From the human T2T-CHM13v2.0 reference genome, Homo sapiens, in assembly GCF_009914755.1 (NCBI RefSeq), contig NC_060938.1: DNA of 64,000 nt. One strand, written 5' to 3'. The notes beneath the pieces are model-generated. The model did not search any database. It was not told the origin of the DNA and saw only the letters and a program-made list of their open reading frames with translations. Of the stretch, positions 44,331-56,419 are shown piece after piece (the stretch's first letter is position 1; every line of letters starts with the position of its first letter). Made by a program: the position numbers and the translations under genes.

Positions 44331-47300
44331 CATTCCATTCCACTCGGGTTGATTCCATTCCATTCCATTCCATTCCATTCCATTCCATTCCATTCCGTGC
44401 CATTCCATTCCATTCGTGTTGATTCCATTCCATTCCATTCCATTCCATTCCATTCCATTCCATTCCGTTCCACTCGGGTTGATTCCATTCCATTCCATTC
44501 CAATCCATTCCTTTCCATTCCATTCCATTCGGGTTCATTGCATTCCATTCTGTTCCATTCCGTTCCGTTCCTTTCCATTCCATTCCATTCCATGGCATTC
44601 CATTCCATTCCATTCCATTCTATTCCATTCCAGTCCATTCCAATGCATTCCACTCCATACGTTCCATTCCATTCCACCCGGATTGATTCCATTCCATTCC
44701 ATTCCATTCTATGCTATTCCATTCCAGTTGATTCCGTTGGATTCCATTCCGTTCCATTCCATTCCATTCCATTCCATTCCATTCCATTCCATTCCATTCC
44801 TTTCCATTGCATTCGACTCAGTTTGATTCCACTCCATTCCATTGCATTACATTCCATTTCATTCCACTCGGGTTTATTCCTTTCCATTCCATTCCGTTCC
44901 ACTCGGGTTAATTCCATTCCGTTCCTTTCCGTTCCATTCCATTCCATTCCATTCCATTCCTTTCCATTCCATTCCGTTCCATTTTATTGGTGTTTATTTC
45001 ATTCCATTCCATTCCATTCCACAGCTTTCCATTCCATTCCATTCCATTGCATTCCATTCGTGTTGTTTCCATTCCAATCCATTCCATTACATTCCATTCC
45101 ACTGGAGTTGATTCTATTCTATTCCATTCCATTCCATTCCATTCGGTTTCATTCCATGGCATTCAATTCCATTCCGTTCCATTCCGTTCCATTCCATTCC
45201 ATTCCATTCCATTCCATTCCATTCCATTGCATTCCATTCCATTCCATTCCATTCCATTCCATTCCATTCCATTCCACTCCATTCCATTACAATCCATTCC
45301 ATTAGATTTGATTCTATTCCATTCCATTCCATTCCCTTCCATTGCATTCCATTGCAGTCGGGTTCATTCCATGCCATTCAATTCCGTTCCGTTCCATTCC
45401 ATTCCATTCCATTCCATTCCATTCCATTCCATTCCACTCGGGTTGATTCCATACCTTTGCATTCCATTCCAATCCTTTCATTCCTTTCCTTCCCATTGCA
45501 TTTCATTCGGGTTGATTCCATTCCATTGCTTTCCAATCCATTCCATTGCATGCCTTTCCATTCCATTCCACTCGGGTTGATTCTGTTTCATTCTCTTCCA
45601 TTCCATTGCACTTGGGTTGATTCCACTCCATTCCATTCCATTCCATTCCATTAATTTCCATTACACTTGTGTTGATTCCATAGCATTCCATTCCATTCCA
45701 TTCCATTCCATTCCATTCCATCCCATTCTGGTTGATTCCATTCTATTCTATTTCATTCCATTCCATTCCATTCCATTCCATTCCATTCCTTTCCATTCCA
45801 TTCCATTCCATTCCATTCCAATCCATTCCACTCCATTCCATTCCATTCCATTCCCCTCCATTCCATTCCATTCCATTCCATTCAATTCCATTCCATTCCA
45901 CTCCATTCCATTACAATCCATTCTATTCGATTTGATTCTATTCCAATCCATTCCATTCCATTCCATTGCATTCCATTGCAGTCGGGTTCATTCCATGCCA
46001 TTCAATTCCGTTCCATTCCGTTCCATTCCATTCCATTCCATTCCATTTCCTTGCCTTCCATTCCACTCCATTCCATTCCATTCCATTCCATTCCATTCCA
46101 CTCGAGTTGATTCCATACCTTTCCATTCCATTCCATTCCCTTCATTCCTTTCCATTCCATTCCATTCCAGTCGGGTTGATTCCATTCTATTGCTTTCCAT
46201 TCTATTCCATTGCATGCCTTTCTGTTCCATTCCACGTGGGTTGATTCCGTTGCATTCTATTCCATTCCATTGCACTTGGGTTGATTCCATTCCATTCCAT
46301 TCCATTCCATTCCATTCATTTCCATTACACTCGGGTTGATTCCATAGCATTCCATTCCATTCCATTCCATTCCATTCCATTCCATTCCATTCTGGTTGAT
46401 TCCATTCTATTCCATTCCATTCCTTTCCTTTCCATTCCGTTCCATTCCATTCGGGTTGATTCTATTCCATTCCATTCCATTCCATTGCATTCCATCCCAT
46501 TCGGCTAGATTCCATTCCATTCCATTCCTTTCCATTCCATTCCGTTCCACTCGGGTTAATTCCATTCCAGTTCCATTCTATTCGTGTTTATTTCATTCCA
46601 TTCCATTCCATTCCACAGCATTCCATTCCATTCCGTTCCGTTCCATTCCTTTCGTGTTGTTTCCATTCCATTCCATTCCATTCCATTCCATTCCATTCCA
46701 TTCCATTCCTTTCCATTCCATTCCATTCCGTTCCATTCCATTCCATTCGGGTTGATTCCACTCCATTCCATTCCATTGCATTCCTTTCCATTGCATTCCA
46801 TTCGGGTTCATTCCATTCCATTCCGTTCCATTCCATTCCGTTCCTTTCCATTCCATTGCATTCCATTCCACTCCATTCCATTCCATTCCATTCCATTCCA
46901 TTCCATTCATTTCCATTACAGTCGGGTTGATTCCATACCATTCCATTCCATTCCATTGAATTCCATACTATTCCATTACACTCGGGTTGATTCCATTCCA
47001 TTCCATTCCATTCCATTCGGGTTGATTCCATTCCATTCCATTCGATTCCATTCCATTCCATTCCATTCCATTCTGGTTGATTACATTCCATGCCATTCAA
47101 TTCCATTCCGTTCCATTCCATTCCATTCCATTCCATTCAATTGCATTGCCTTCCATTCCACTCCATTCCATTGCATTCCATTCCATTCCATTCCATTCCA
47201 TTCCATTCCATTCCATTCCAGTCGGGTTGATACCATTCCATTCCATTCCATTCCATTCCATTCCATTCCACTACATTGCATTCCATTCCATTTCACTCGA

Positions 47301-47600
47301 GTTGATTTTATTCCATTCCATTCCTTTCCATCCCATTCCATTCCATTCTATTCCATTCCATTCCATTGCATTCCATTGCATTCGTGTTAATTCCACTCCA
47401 TTCCATTCCACTCCATTCCACTCAATTCCATTCCTTTCCAATCCATGACATTCAACTAGGGTTGAATTCATTGCATTCCATTCCAATCCATTCCTCTCCA
47501 TTCAATTCCTCTCTGATTGAATCTATTCCATTCCATTCCATTCCGTTCTGTTCCATTCGTTCCATTGCATTCCATACCATTCTATTCCACTCGGGATGTT
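44040..47600. repeat. Dispersed copy of block B unit (matches ~25650-28300, then ~31090-32130)
   Basis: ORF translations identical at offset 18386-18391 (26323/44714, 26596/44987, 27895/46281), then offset ~15460 (31622/47077, 31896/47366). Confidence 0.85.
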
Positions 47601-50600
47601 TCCATTCCATTCCATTCCATTCCATTCCATTCCATTCCATTCCATTCGGGTTGATTCCATTCCATTCCATTCCATTCCATTTCATTCCATTCCATTCCAT
47701 TCCATTCCACTCGGGTTGATTCCATTCCATTCCATTCCATTCCATTCCTCTCGGGTTGATTCCATTCCATTCCATTCCATACCATTCAATTCCATTCCAC
47801 TCTGGTTGACTCCATTTCATTCCATTCCACTCCGTTTCATTCTGGTTGATTCCATTGAATTCCAATCCATTTTATTCCATTCCATTCTGTTCCATTCCAT
47901 TCCATTCCATTCCATTCCATTATTGTGGATTCCATACCAATCCTTTCCATTCCTTTCCATTCCTTTCCCTTCCTTTCGATTCCATTCCATTCCATTCTAC
48001 TCGGTTTCATTCCATTCCATTCCATTCCCTTCCATTCCATTCCATTCCATTCCACTCAGTTTGATTCCATTTCATTTCACTCCATTCCATTCCATTCCAT
48101 TCCATTCCATTCCGATTGATTCCATTCCATTCCATTCCATTCCATTCCATTCCATTCCATTCCATGCCATTCCATTCCATTCCATTGCACTCAGGTTGAT
48201 TCCGCTCCGTTCCATTGCATTACATTCCATTTCATTCCACTCGGGTTGATTCCTTTCCATTCCATTCAATTCCACTCGGGTTAATTCCATTCCGTTCCTT
48301 TCCATTTCACTCCATTCCATTCCATTCCATTCCGTTCCATTCTATTCGTGTTTATTTCATTCCATTCCATTCCGTTCCACAGCATTCCATTCCATTCCGT
48401 TCCATTATATTCGTGTTGTTTCCATTCCATTCCATTTCATTCCATTGCATTCCATTCGATTCCGTTCCATTCCATTCGTGTTGATTCCACTCCATTCCAT
48501 TCCACTCCATTCCATTCCATTCCATTCCATTCCTTTCCAATCCATGACATTCAACTTGGGTTGAATCCATTGCATTCCATTCCAATCCATTCCTCTCCAT
48601 TCAATTCCTCTCTGATTCAATCTATTTCGTTGCATTCCATTCCGTTCTGTTCCATTCCGTTCCATTGCATTCCATACCATTTCTTTCCACTCGGGATGAT
48701 TCCATTCCATTCCATTATATTCCATTTCATTCAATTGCATTCCATTTCATTCCATTCCACTCGGGTTGATTCCATTCCATTCCATTCCATTCCATTCCAT
48801 TCCATTCCATTCCATTCGGGTTGATTCCATTCCATTCCATTCCATTTCATTCCATTCCATTCCATTCCATTCCATCCATTCCACTCCTTTCCATTCCATT
48901 CCATTGCATTCGACTCAGGATGATTCCGCTCCATTCCATTGCATTTCATTCCATTTCATTCCTCGCAGGTTGATTCCGCTCCATTCCATTGCATTACATT
49001 CCATTTCATTCCACTCGGGTTGATTCCTTTCCATTCCATTCCGTTCCACTCGGGTTAATTCCATTCCGTTACTTTCCATTTCATTCCATTCCATCCCATT
49101 CCATTCCATTCCATTCCATTCCTTTCCATTCCATTCCGTTCCATTCTATTCGTGTTTATTTCATTCCATTCCATTTAATTCCGCAGCATTCAATTCCATT
49201 CCGTTCCGTTCCGTTCCATTCCATTAGTGTTGTTTCCATTCCATTCCATTCCATTCCATTCCATTCCATTCCCTTCCATTCCATTCGTGTTGATTCTATT
49301 CCATTCCATTCTACTCCTTTCCATTCCATTCCATTCCACTCCTTTCCAGTCCGTGACATTCAACTGGGTTGCATCCCTTGCATTCCATTCCAATCCATTC
49401 CACTCCAGTCAAATCCTCTCGGATTCAATGTATTCCATTCCATTCCTTTCCGTTCTGTTCCACTCCATTCCATTGCATTCCATACCATTCCATTCCACTC
49501 GGGATGATTCCATTCCATTCCATTCCATTCCATTCCATTCCATTCCTTTCCATTCCATTCCGTTCCATTCCATTCGTGTTGATCCCATTCCATTCCATTC
49601 CATTGCATTCCATTCCATTCCATTCGACTTCATTCCATTCCATTGCATTCCATTCCATTCCATTCCATTCCATTGCATTCCACTCCATTCCATTCCATTC
49701 CATTCCATTCCATTCCATTCCATTCCATTCCATGCCATTCCATTCCATTCGTGTTGATTCCATTCCATTCCATTCCATTCCATTCCATTCCATTCCATTC
49801 CATTCCATTCCACTCGGGTTGATTCCATTCCATTCCATTCCAATCCATTCCTTTCCATTCCATTCCATTCGGGTTCATTGCATTCCATTCTGTTCCATTC
49901 CGTTCCGTTCCTTTCCATTCCATTCCATTCCATGGCATTCCATTCCATTCCATTCCATTCTATTCCATTCCAGTCCATTCCAATGCATTCCACTCCATAC
50001 GTTCCATTCCATTCCACCCGGATTGATTCCATTCCATTCCATTCCATTCTATGCTATTCCATTCCAGTTGATTCCGTTGGATTCCATTCCGTTCCATTCC
50101 ATTCCATTCCATTCCATTCCATTCTCTTCCATTCCATTCCATTCCATTCGATGCCATTCCATTCGATTGCATTTCATTCCATTCCATTCCACTCGATGCC
50201 ATTCCATTCGATTGCATTTCAGTCCATTCCATTCCACTCCGTTCCATTCCGTTCCATTCCTTTCTATTCTATACATTTCCATTTCAATTAATTTCCATTC
50301 GTTTCCATTCCATTCGATTGCATTAAATTTAAGACTGTGCCATTCCATTCCATTTGATTCCATTCCATTCGAGACAATTCCCTTCCACTCCATTCCATTC
50401 GAGTCCATTCCATTCCAGTCTATTCCATTACAGTCCATTGCTTTCCAGTGAATTCCATTCGAGTTCATTCCATTCCATTCCATTCGATTCCTTTACATTC
50501 CATTTGATTGCATTCTGTTGCATTCCAATCGATTCCTTTAGATTTGAGTCCATTCCATTTGTGTCCATTCCATTCCAATCTATTACATTCCAGTCCATTC

Positions 50601-50699
50601 CATTCCAGTCCATTACATTCGAGTCCATTCCATTCCATTGCATTCCATTCCATTCCATTCTATTTCATCCCATTCCACTTCATTGCATTCCAATCCATT

Positions 50700-51600
50700 C
50701 CATTTTATTCCACTCCATTCCATTCCACTCCAGTCCATTCCATTGCACTCCATTCCATTCCAATCCATTCCTTTCCATTGCACTCCATTCCACTCCATTT
50801 CACTCCACTCCACTCCATTCCATTTTTTTTCCATTCATTTCCATTAACTTCCACTGCACTCCACTCCAATTCACTCCACTCCACTCCACCATATTCCATT
50901 CCACTCCACTATATTCCATTCCACTCCACTCCACTACACTCCACCACAAATCATTCCACTCCACTCCACTCCATTCCATTCCATACCATTCCACTTCACT
51001 CCACTCCACTCCATTCCATACATGTCCACTTCAATCAACTCCACTTCTCCCCATTCCACTCCATTCCACCCCACTCCACTTCACTCCACCTCATATCACT
51101 CCATTCTATTCCATTCAATTGCATTCCACTCCATTCCACTCCACTCCACTCCTCCTTATTCCACTCCATTGAACTCCACTCCACTTCACATCACTCCATT
51201 CCATTCCATTCAGTTGCATTCCACTTCATTCCAATTCGCTCCACTCCATCCCATTCCATTGCATTATACTCCACTCCACTCCAGTCCACTCCAATCCGTT
51301 CAATTCCATTTTTTCCCATTCCATTCCACTCCATTCCTCTCCACTCCATTGAATTCCATTCAACCCCATTCCATTCCACTCCACTCCACTCCACTCCACT
51401 TCACCACATTCCAATTGATTCCATTCGAGACCATTGCGTTCCATTCCGTCCCATTACACTCCACTCCACTCCACTCTGCTCCTTCCCATCCTACTCCACT
51501 CAAATCCATTCCACTCCTTTCTACCCCATTTCCCTCCATTCGATCCCAGTCCATTCCATTCAAATTCTTTCTATTCCACTCCATTCGAGTCCATTCCACT
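50700..51600 (+). repeat. (CACTC)n / (GGAGT)n-enriched island
   Basis: Runs such as cactccactccactcc (50801-50820, 50875-50890, 50956-50975, 51376-51400) replace CATTC. The decamer interruptions are almost absent in the core. Confidence 0.85.
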
Positions 51601-54600
51601 CTATTCCTTCCCAATCCTTTCGAGACCATTCAATTGCATTCCATTCCATTTGAGTCAATTCCATTAAATTCCTTTCGAGTCCATTCCATTCTATGGCATT
51701 TGTGTCCATTCCATTCCATTCCATGCCATTCCATTTGAGTCCATTCCATCCCATTCCATTCCATCCCATTCCATTCCATTCCATTCCAGTCCATTCCAAA
51801 CTCATTACATTGCAGTCCATTCTATTCCACTCCATTCTTTTCCATTCCATTCCATTCCATTCCATTCCATTTGAGCCCAGTCCATACCATTGCATTCCAT
51901 TCGAGTCCATTCCATTCCATTCCATTCGAGTCCATTCCATTCCTTTCCATTTCATTCCATTCCATTCTATTCCATTCCAATCCATTCCATTCGGGTCCAT
52001 TCCATTCAATTCCATTCGAGTCAATTACATTCCATTCCATTTGGGTCCATTCCATTGCATAACATTGCATTCGAGTTCATTCCATTCCATTCCATTCGAG
52101 TCCATTCCACTGTACTCCATCCCAATCCTTTCGAGTCCATTCAATTCCTTTCCATACCATTTGAGTCAATTCCATTCCATTCCATTTGAGTCCATTCCCT
52201 TGCATTCCATTCCATTAGAGTCTCATCCATTCTATTCCATTCAAGTCCATTCCTTTCCATTCCATTAGAGTACATTCCATTAAATTCCATTGTATTCCAT
52301 TCGAGTTCATTCCATTCCGTTCTATTCATGTCCTTTCCATTCCATTCGAGTTCATTCCATTCCAATCTTTTCGAATCCATTCCATTCCATTCATCCTATT
52401 CCATTCAAATCCATTCCATTCCACACCATACCATTCCATTCCATTCCATTCCATTCGGGTCCATTCTTTCCATTCCATTCGAGTCCATTCCATTCCATTC
52501 CATTCGAGTCCATTCCATTCCTTTCCATTCCACTCGAGACCATTCCACTCCATTCCATTCGGGTCCATTCCTATCCATTCCATTCGAGTCCATTCCAATA
52601 CATTCTGTCCCATTCGATTCCTTTGCATTCCATTCCATTCCATTCCATTCAGGTCCATTCCATTCCATTCCAATCCATTCCTTTCTTGTCCATTCCATTC
52701 TACTCGAGTCCATTCCATTCCATTCCATTACATTTGATTCGAGCCCATTCAATTCCATTCCATTCCATTCCCCTTGAGGCCATTCCATTGCATTCCATTC
52801 AATTCCAGTACATTCCATTCCACCCCGTCCACTCGTGGCCACTCCATTCAATTCCATTCGAGTCAATTCCATTGCATTCCATTGGATTCCATTCAATTGC
52901 ATTCCATTCCATTCCTTTCAAGTCCATTGAATTCCATTCGAGTCCATTCTATCACATTCCATTCGAGTCCATTCCATTGCATTCCATTCAATTCGAGTCT
53001 ATTCCATTCTATTCCATTTGAGTTTCTTCCATTCCATGCGATTCCATTCCGTTCCGTTCCGTTTCATTCCATTCGGATCCATTCCATTCCATTCCATTGC
53101 ACTCGAGTTGATTCCATTCTATTCCGTTCCATTTGAGTCCATTCCATTTCATTCGTGTCCATCCCGATACATTCCATTGCATTCGAGGCCACTTCATTCC
53201 ATTCCATTCCATTCCATTATTTAAATGTCCATTCCGTTCAAACCCATTCTATTCCCTTCCATTCCATTTGATTCCATTACATTCCATTCCATTCCAGTCC
53301 TGTCCATTCCATTCCATTCCATTCAATTCGAGTCCATTCAATTCTATTCCATTTGAGCCGATTCCATTCCTTTCCACTCAAGTCCATTCTATTCCATTCA
53401 AGTCCATTCCATTCCATCTCATTCAAGTCCATACCATTCCATTCCATTTCATTCCATTCCACTCCATTTCATTCCATTCCTGTCCATTCCATTCCATTCC
53501 ATTCCATTCCATTGGACTGTGTTCCATTCCATTCCATTCTGTTCCATCCCTTTCCATTCCATTCCGTTCCATTCCATTCGGTTCCATTCCATTCCACTCC
53601 GTTCCACTCCATTCTGTTTCATTCATATCCATTCCATTCCATTCTTCTCGAATACATTCCATTCCATTGTATTCCATTTGATTCCTTTCCATTGCATTAC
53701 ACTAGAGTCCATTCCATTCCATTCCATTCCATTGGAGTGCATTCCAATCAATTACATTTCATTCGAGTCCATTCCATTGCATTCGAGTCCTTTCCATTCC
53801 ATTTCATTCGAGTCCATTCCATTCCAATCCATTCCATTGCATTGCATTCCATTCGAGTCAATTCCATTCCATTCCATTCCGTTCCATTCCATTCCATATT
53901 CCATTCGAGTCAATTCCATTCATTTCAAGTCCATTCCATTCCATTCCATTTGATTCCATTGTATTCCATTCCATTCAATTCCATTCCATTCGAATCCATT
54001 CTATTTCATTCCATTTCATGCGCTTCCATTCCATTTAATTCCTTTCCATTCAATTCGAGTCTATTCCATTCCATTGCATTCCATTCGAGTCCATTCCACT
54101 GCATTCCATTTCAGTCGAGTCCATTCCATTCCATTCCTCTCTAGTCGATTCCATTCCATTCCATTCCTCTCCATTTCATTCTAGTCCATTCCATTCTATT
54201 CAATTCCATTTGAGTCTTTTCCATTTCATTCCATTATATTCCCTTCCAATCCGTTCCATTCCATTCCATTGCTTTCAGGTCCATTCAATTCAACTGCATT
54301 CCCTTCGAGTCCATTCTGTCACAATTTTTTACATTCCATTCTATTCCATTTCAGCACTTTTCATTCCATTACTTTCCTTTTGTGTCCATTTCATTTCATT
54401 ACATTCTTTTCCATTGCATTCCTATTGAGTCCACTCAATTCCATTGCATACCATTCGTGTCCATTCCATTTTACTCCATTCCATTCCATTCCATTTGAGT
54501 CCATTCCACTCCATTCCGTTCGATCCCATTTCATTCCATTACATTACATTCCGTTCGAGTCCATTCCATGCCATTGCATTCGCTTCAAATCGAATCCATT

Positions 54601-56419
54601 CAATTCCATTCCATTCCTTTCAAATACATTCCACTCCATTCCATTCGAGTCCTTTGCATTCTGTTCCATTCCACTCGAGTCATTTCCATTCCATTCGAGT
54701 CCATTCCATTCCATTCCACTCGAGTCCTTTCCATTGCATTAGAGTCCATTCCTTTCCATTCCTTACCAATCCATTCCTTTCTATTACAGTCTGTTCCATT
54801 CCATTCCGTTCCATTCATGTCCATTCCATTACATTCCACTTAAGTCCATTCCATTGCATTCCATTCGAGTCCATTCTTTCCATTACATTCCTTTCGAGTC
54901 CATTCCATTCCATTCGAGTCCTTTCCATTCCATTTCTTTCCAATCCTATCTATTCCATTCCATTCTATTCCATTCCTTTGGAGTCCCTTCCATTCTATTG
55001 GAGTCCCTTCCATTCCATTCCATTCCTATCTCTTCCATTGCATTCCATTCAATTCCATTCCACTCCATTCCAATGCATTCCATTTCATTCCATTCTGTTC
55101 TTCTCCATTCCATTCCGTTCCATTCCAATTGGGTCCATTCCATTCCGTTACATTCGAGTCTATTCCGATCAATTACATTCCATTCGAGTGCATTCCATTG
55201 CATTCGAGTCCTTTCCATTCCCTTTCATTCGAGACCTTTCAATTGCACTGCATTCTATTCCATTGAAGCCCATTCCATTCCATTCCACTCCATTCCATTC
55301 CTTTCCATTCGAGTCCATTCCATTCCATTCCATTCCATTAGAGTCCATTCCATTCCATTCGAGTCCATTCCATTCCATTTCTTTTGAGTCCCTTCCATTA
55401 CATTCTATTCCATTCGAGTGCATTCCAAAGCATTCCATTCCATTCGAGCACATTCCATTCCATTCGAGTCCATTCCATTCCATTCAAATCCATACCATTC
55501 CATTCAATTCCATTCCATTTCAATCCATTGCGTTCCGTTCCATTCTGTCCCATTCCATTCCATTCCGTTCCATTCCATTCCGTTCCTCTCCATTCCGTTG
55601 CATTCCATTCTGTTCCATTCCATTTGGGTCCATTCCATTCGCATCCATTCAATTCCATTCCTTTGCACTGGAGTTGATTCCATTCCATTCCATTCCATTC
55701 CATTCGAGTCCTTTCTTTTTCATTCAAGTCCATTCCGTTCCATTCCATTCCATTCGTAGCCACTTCTTTCAATTCCATTCCATTCCATTCCATTCCATGC
55801 TTTTCGGGTCCATTCATTTCAAATGCATTCCATTCCATTCCCTTCCATTCCATTCCATTCCAGTCCATTTAATTCCATTCCATTCTATTCCATTCCATTC
55901 CATTCCATTCCATTCCATTCGAGTTCATTCCATTCCGTGTTATTCTATTCTATTCGAGTCTATTCAATTCCATTCCATTCCATTGGAGTCCATTCTACTC
56001 TATTACGTTCAATTCCATACCATTGCATTCGAGTCCATTCCTTTCTATTGCATTCGAGTCCATTCCGTTCCATACCATTCTATTTGAATCCATTCCATTC
56101 AATTCTATTCCAATCCATTCCATTCCATTCCATTTGAGACCAATCCATTCCTTTCCATTCAATTCCATTTCATTCCATTCCAACCCTTCCATTCGTGGCC
56201 ACTGCATTCAATTGCTTTTGAGTCAGTTCCATTACATTCCATTCAATTCCATTTGATTCCATTCAATTCCTTTCGAGTACATTTAATTCCATTCAAGTCC
56301 ATTCTATTCCATTCCATTCGAGTCCATTCCATTCCATTCCGTTCGGTTTCATTTCATTCCATTCCTTTCAATTCCATTCATTCCATTCAAGTCCATTCAA
56401 TTCCATTATATTCCATTCC

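Larger units (their letters stand above)
1..50120 (+). repeat. HSat3 domain 1: pentamer runs interrupted by CA(C/T)TCGGGTTG-ATT (CAACCCGAGT on -), HSat3B-like
   Basis: Very frequent cactcgggttgattcc and variants (cagtcggg, cattcggg, cacttggg, ctctgg, ctcagg, ctcgag) every ~30-150 bp. This is the classical satellite 3 interspersed decamer. The last canonical copy is at ~49811. The B-type label is inference from known motif content. Confidence 0.85.

Noticed and set aside
1-50120. CRISPR-like pattern of a conserved motif (cactcgggttgattcc) with variable spacers
   Set aside because: The 'spacers' are degenerate CATTC runs of irregular length, not unique sequences. There are no cas genes or leader. 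This is the known satellite 3 decamer.
54444-56087. Longest ORF, 547 aa on +
   Set aside because: It is a low-complexity satellite translation with a non-ATG start. Plus-strand ORFs lengthen in domain 2 simply because the TGA-bearing GGTTGA motif is absent.
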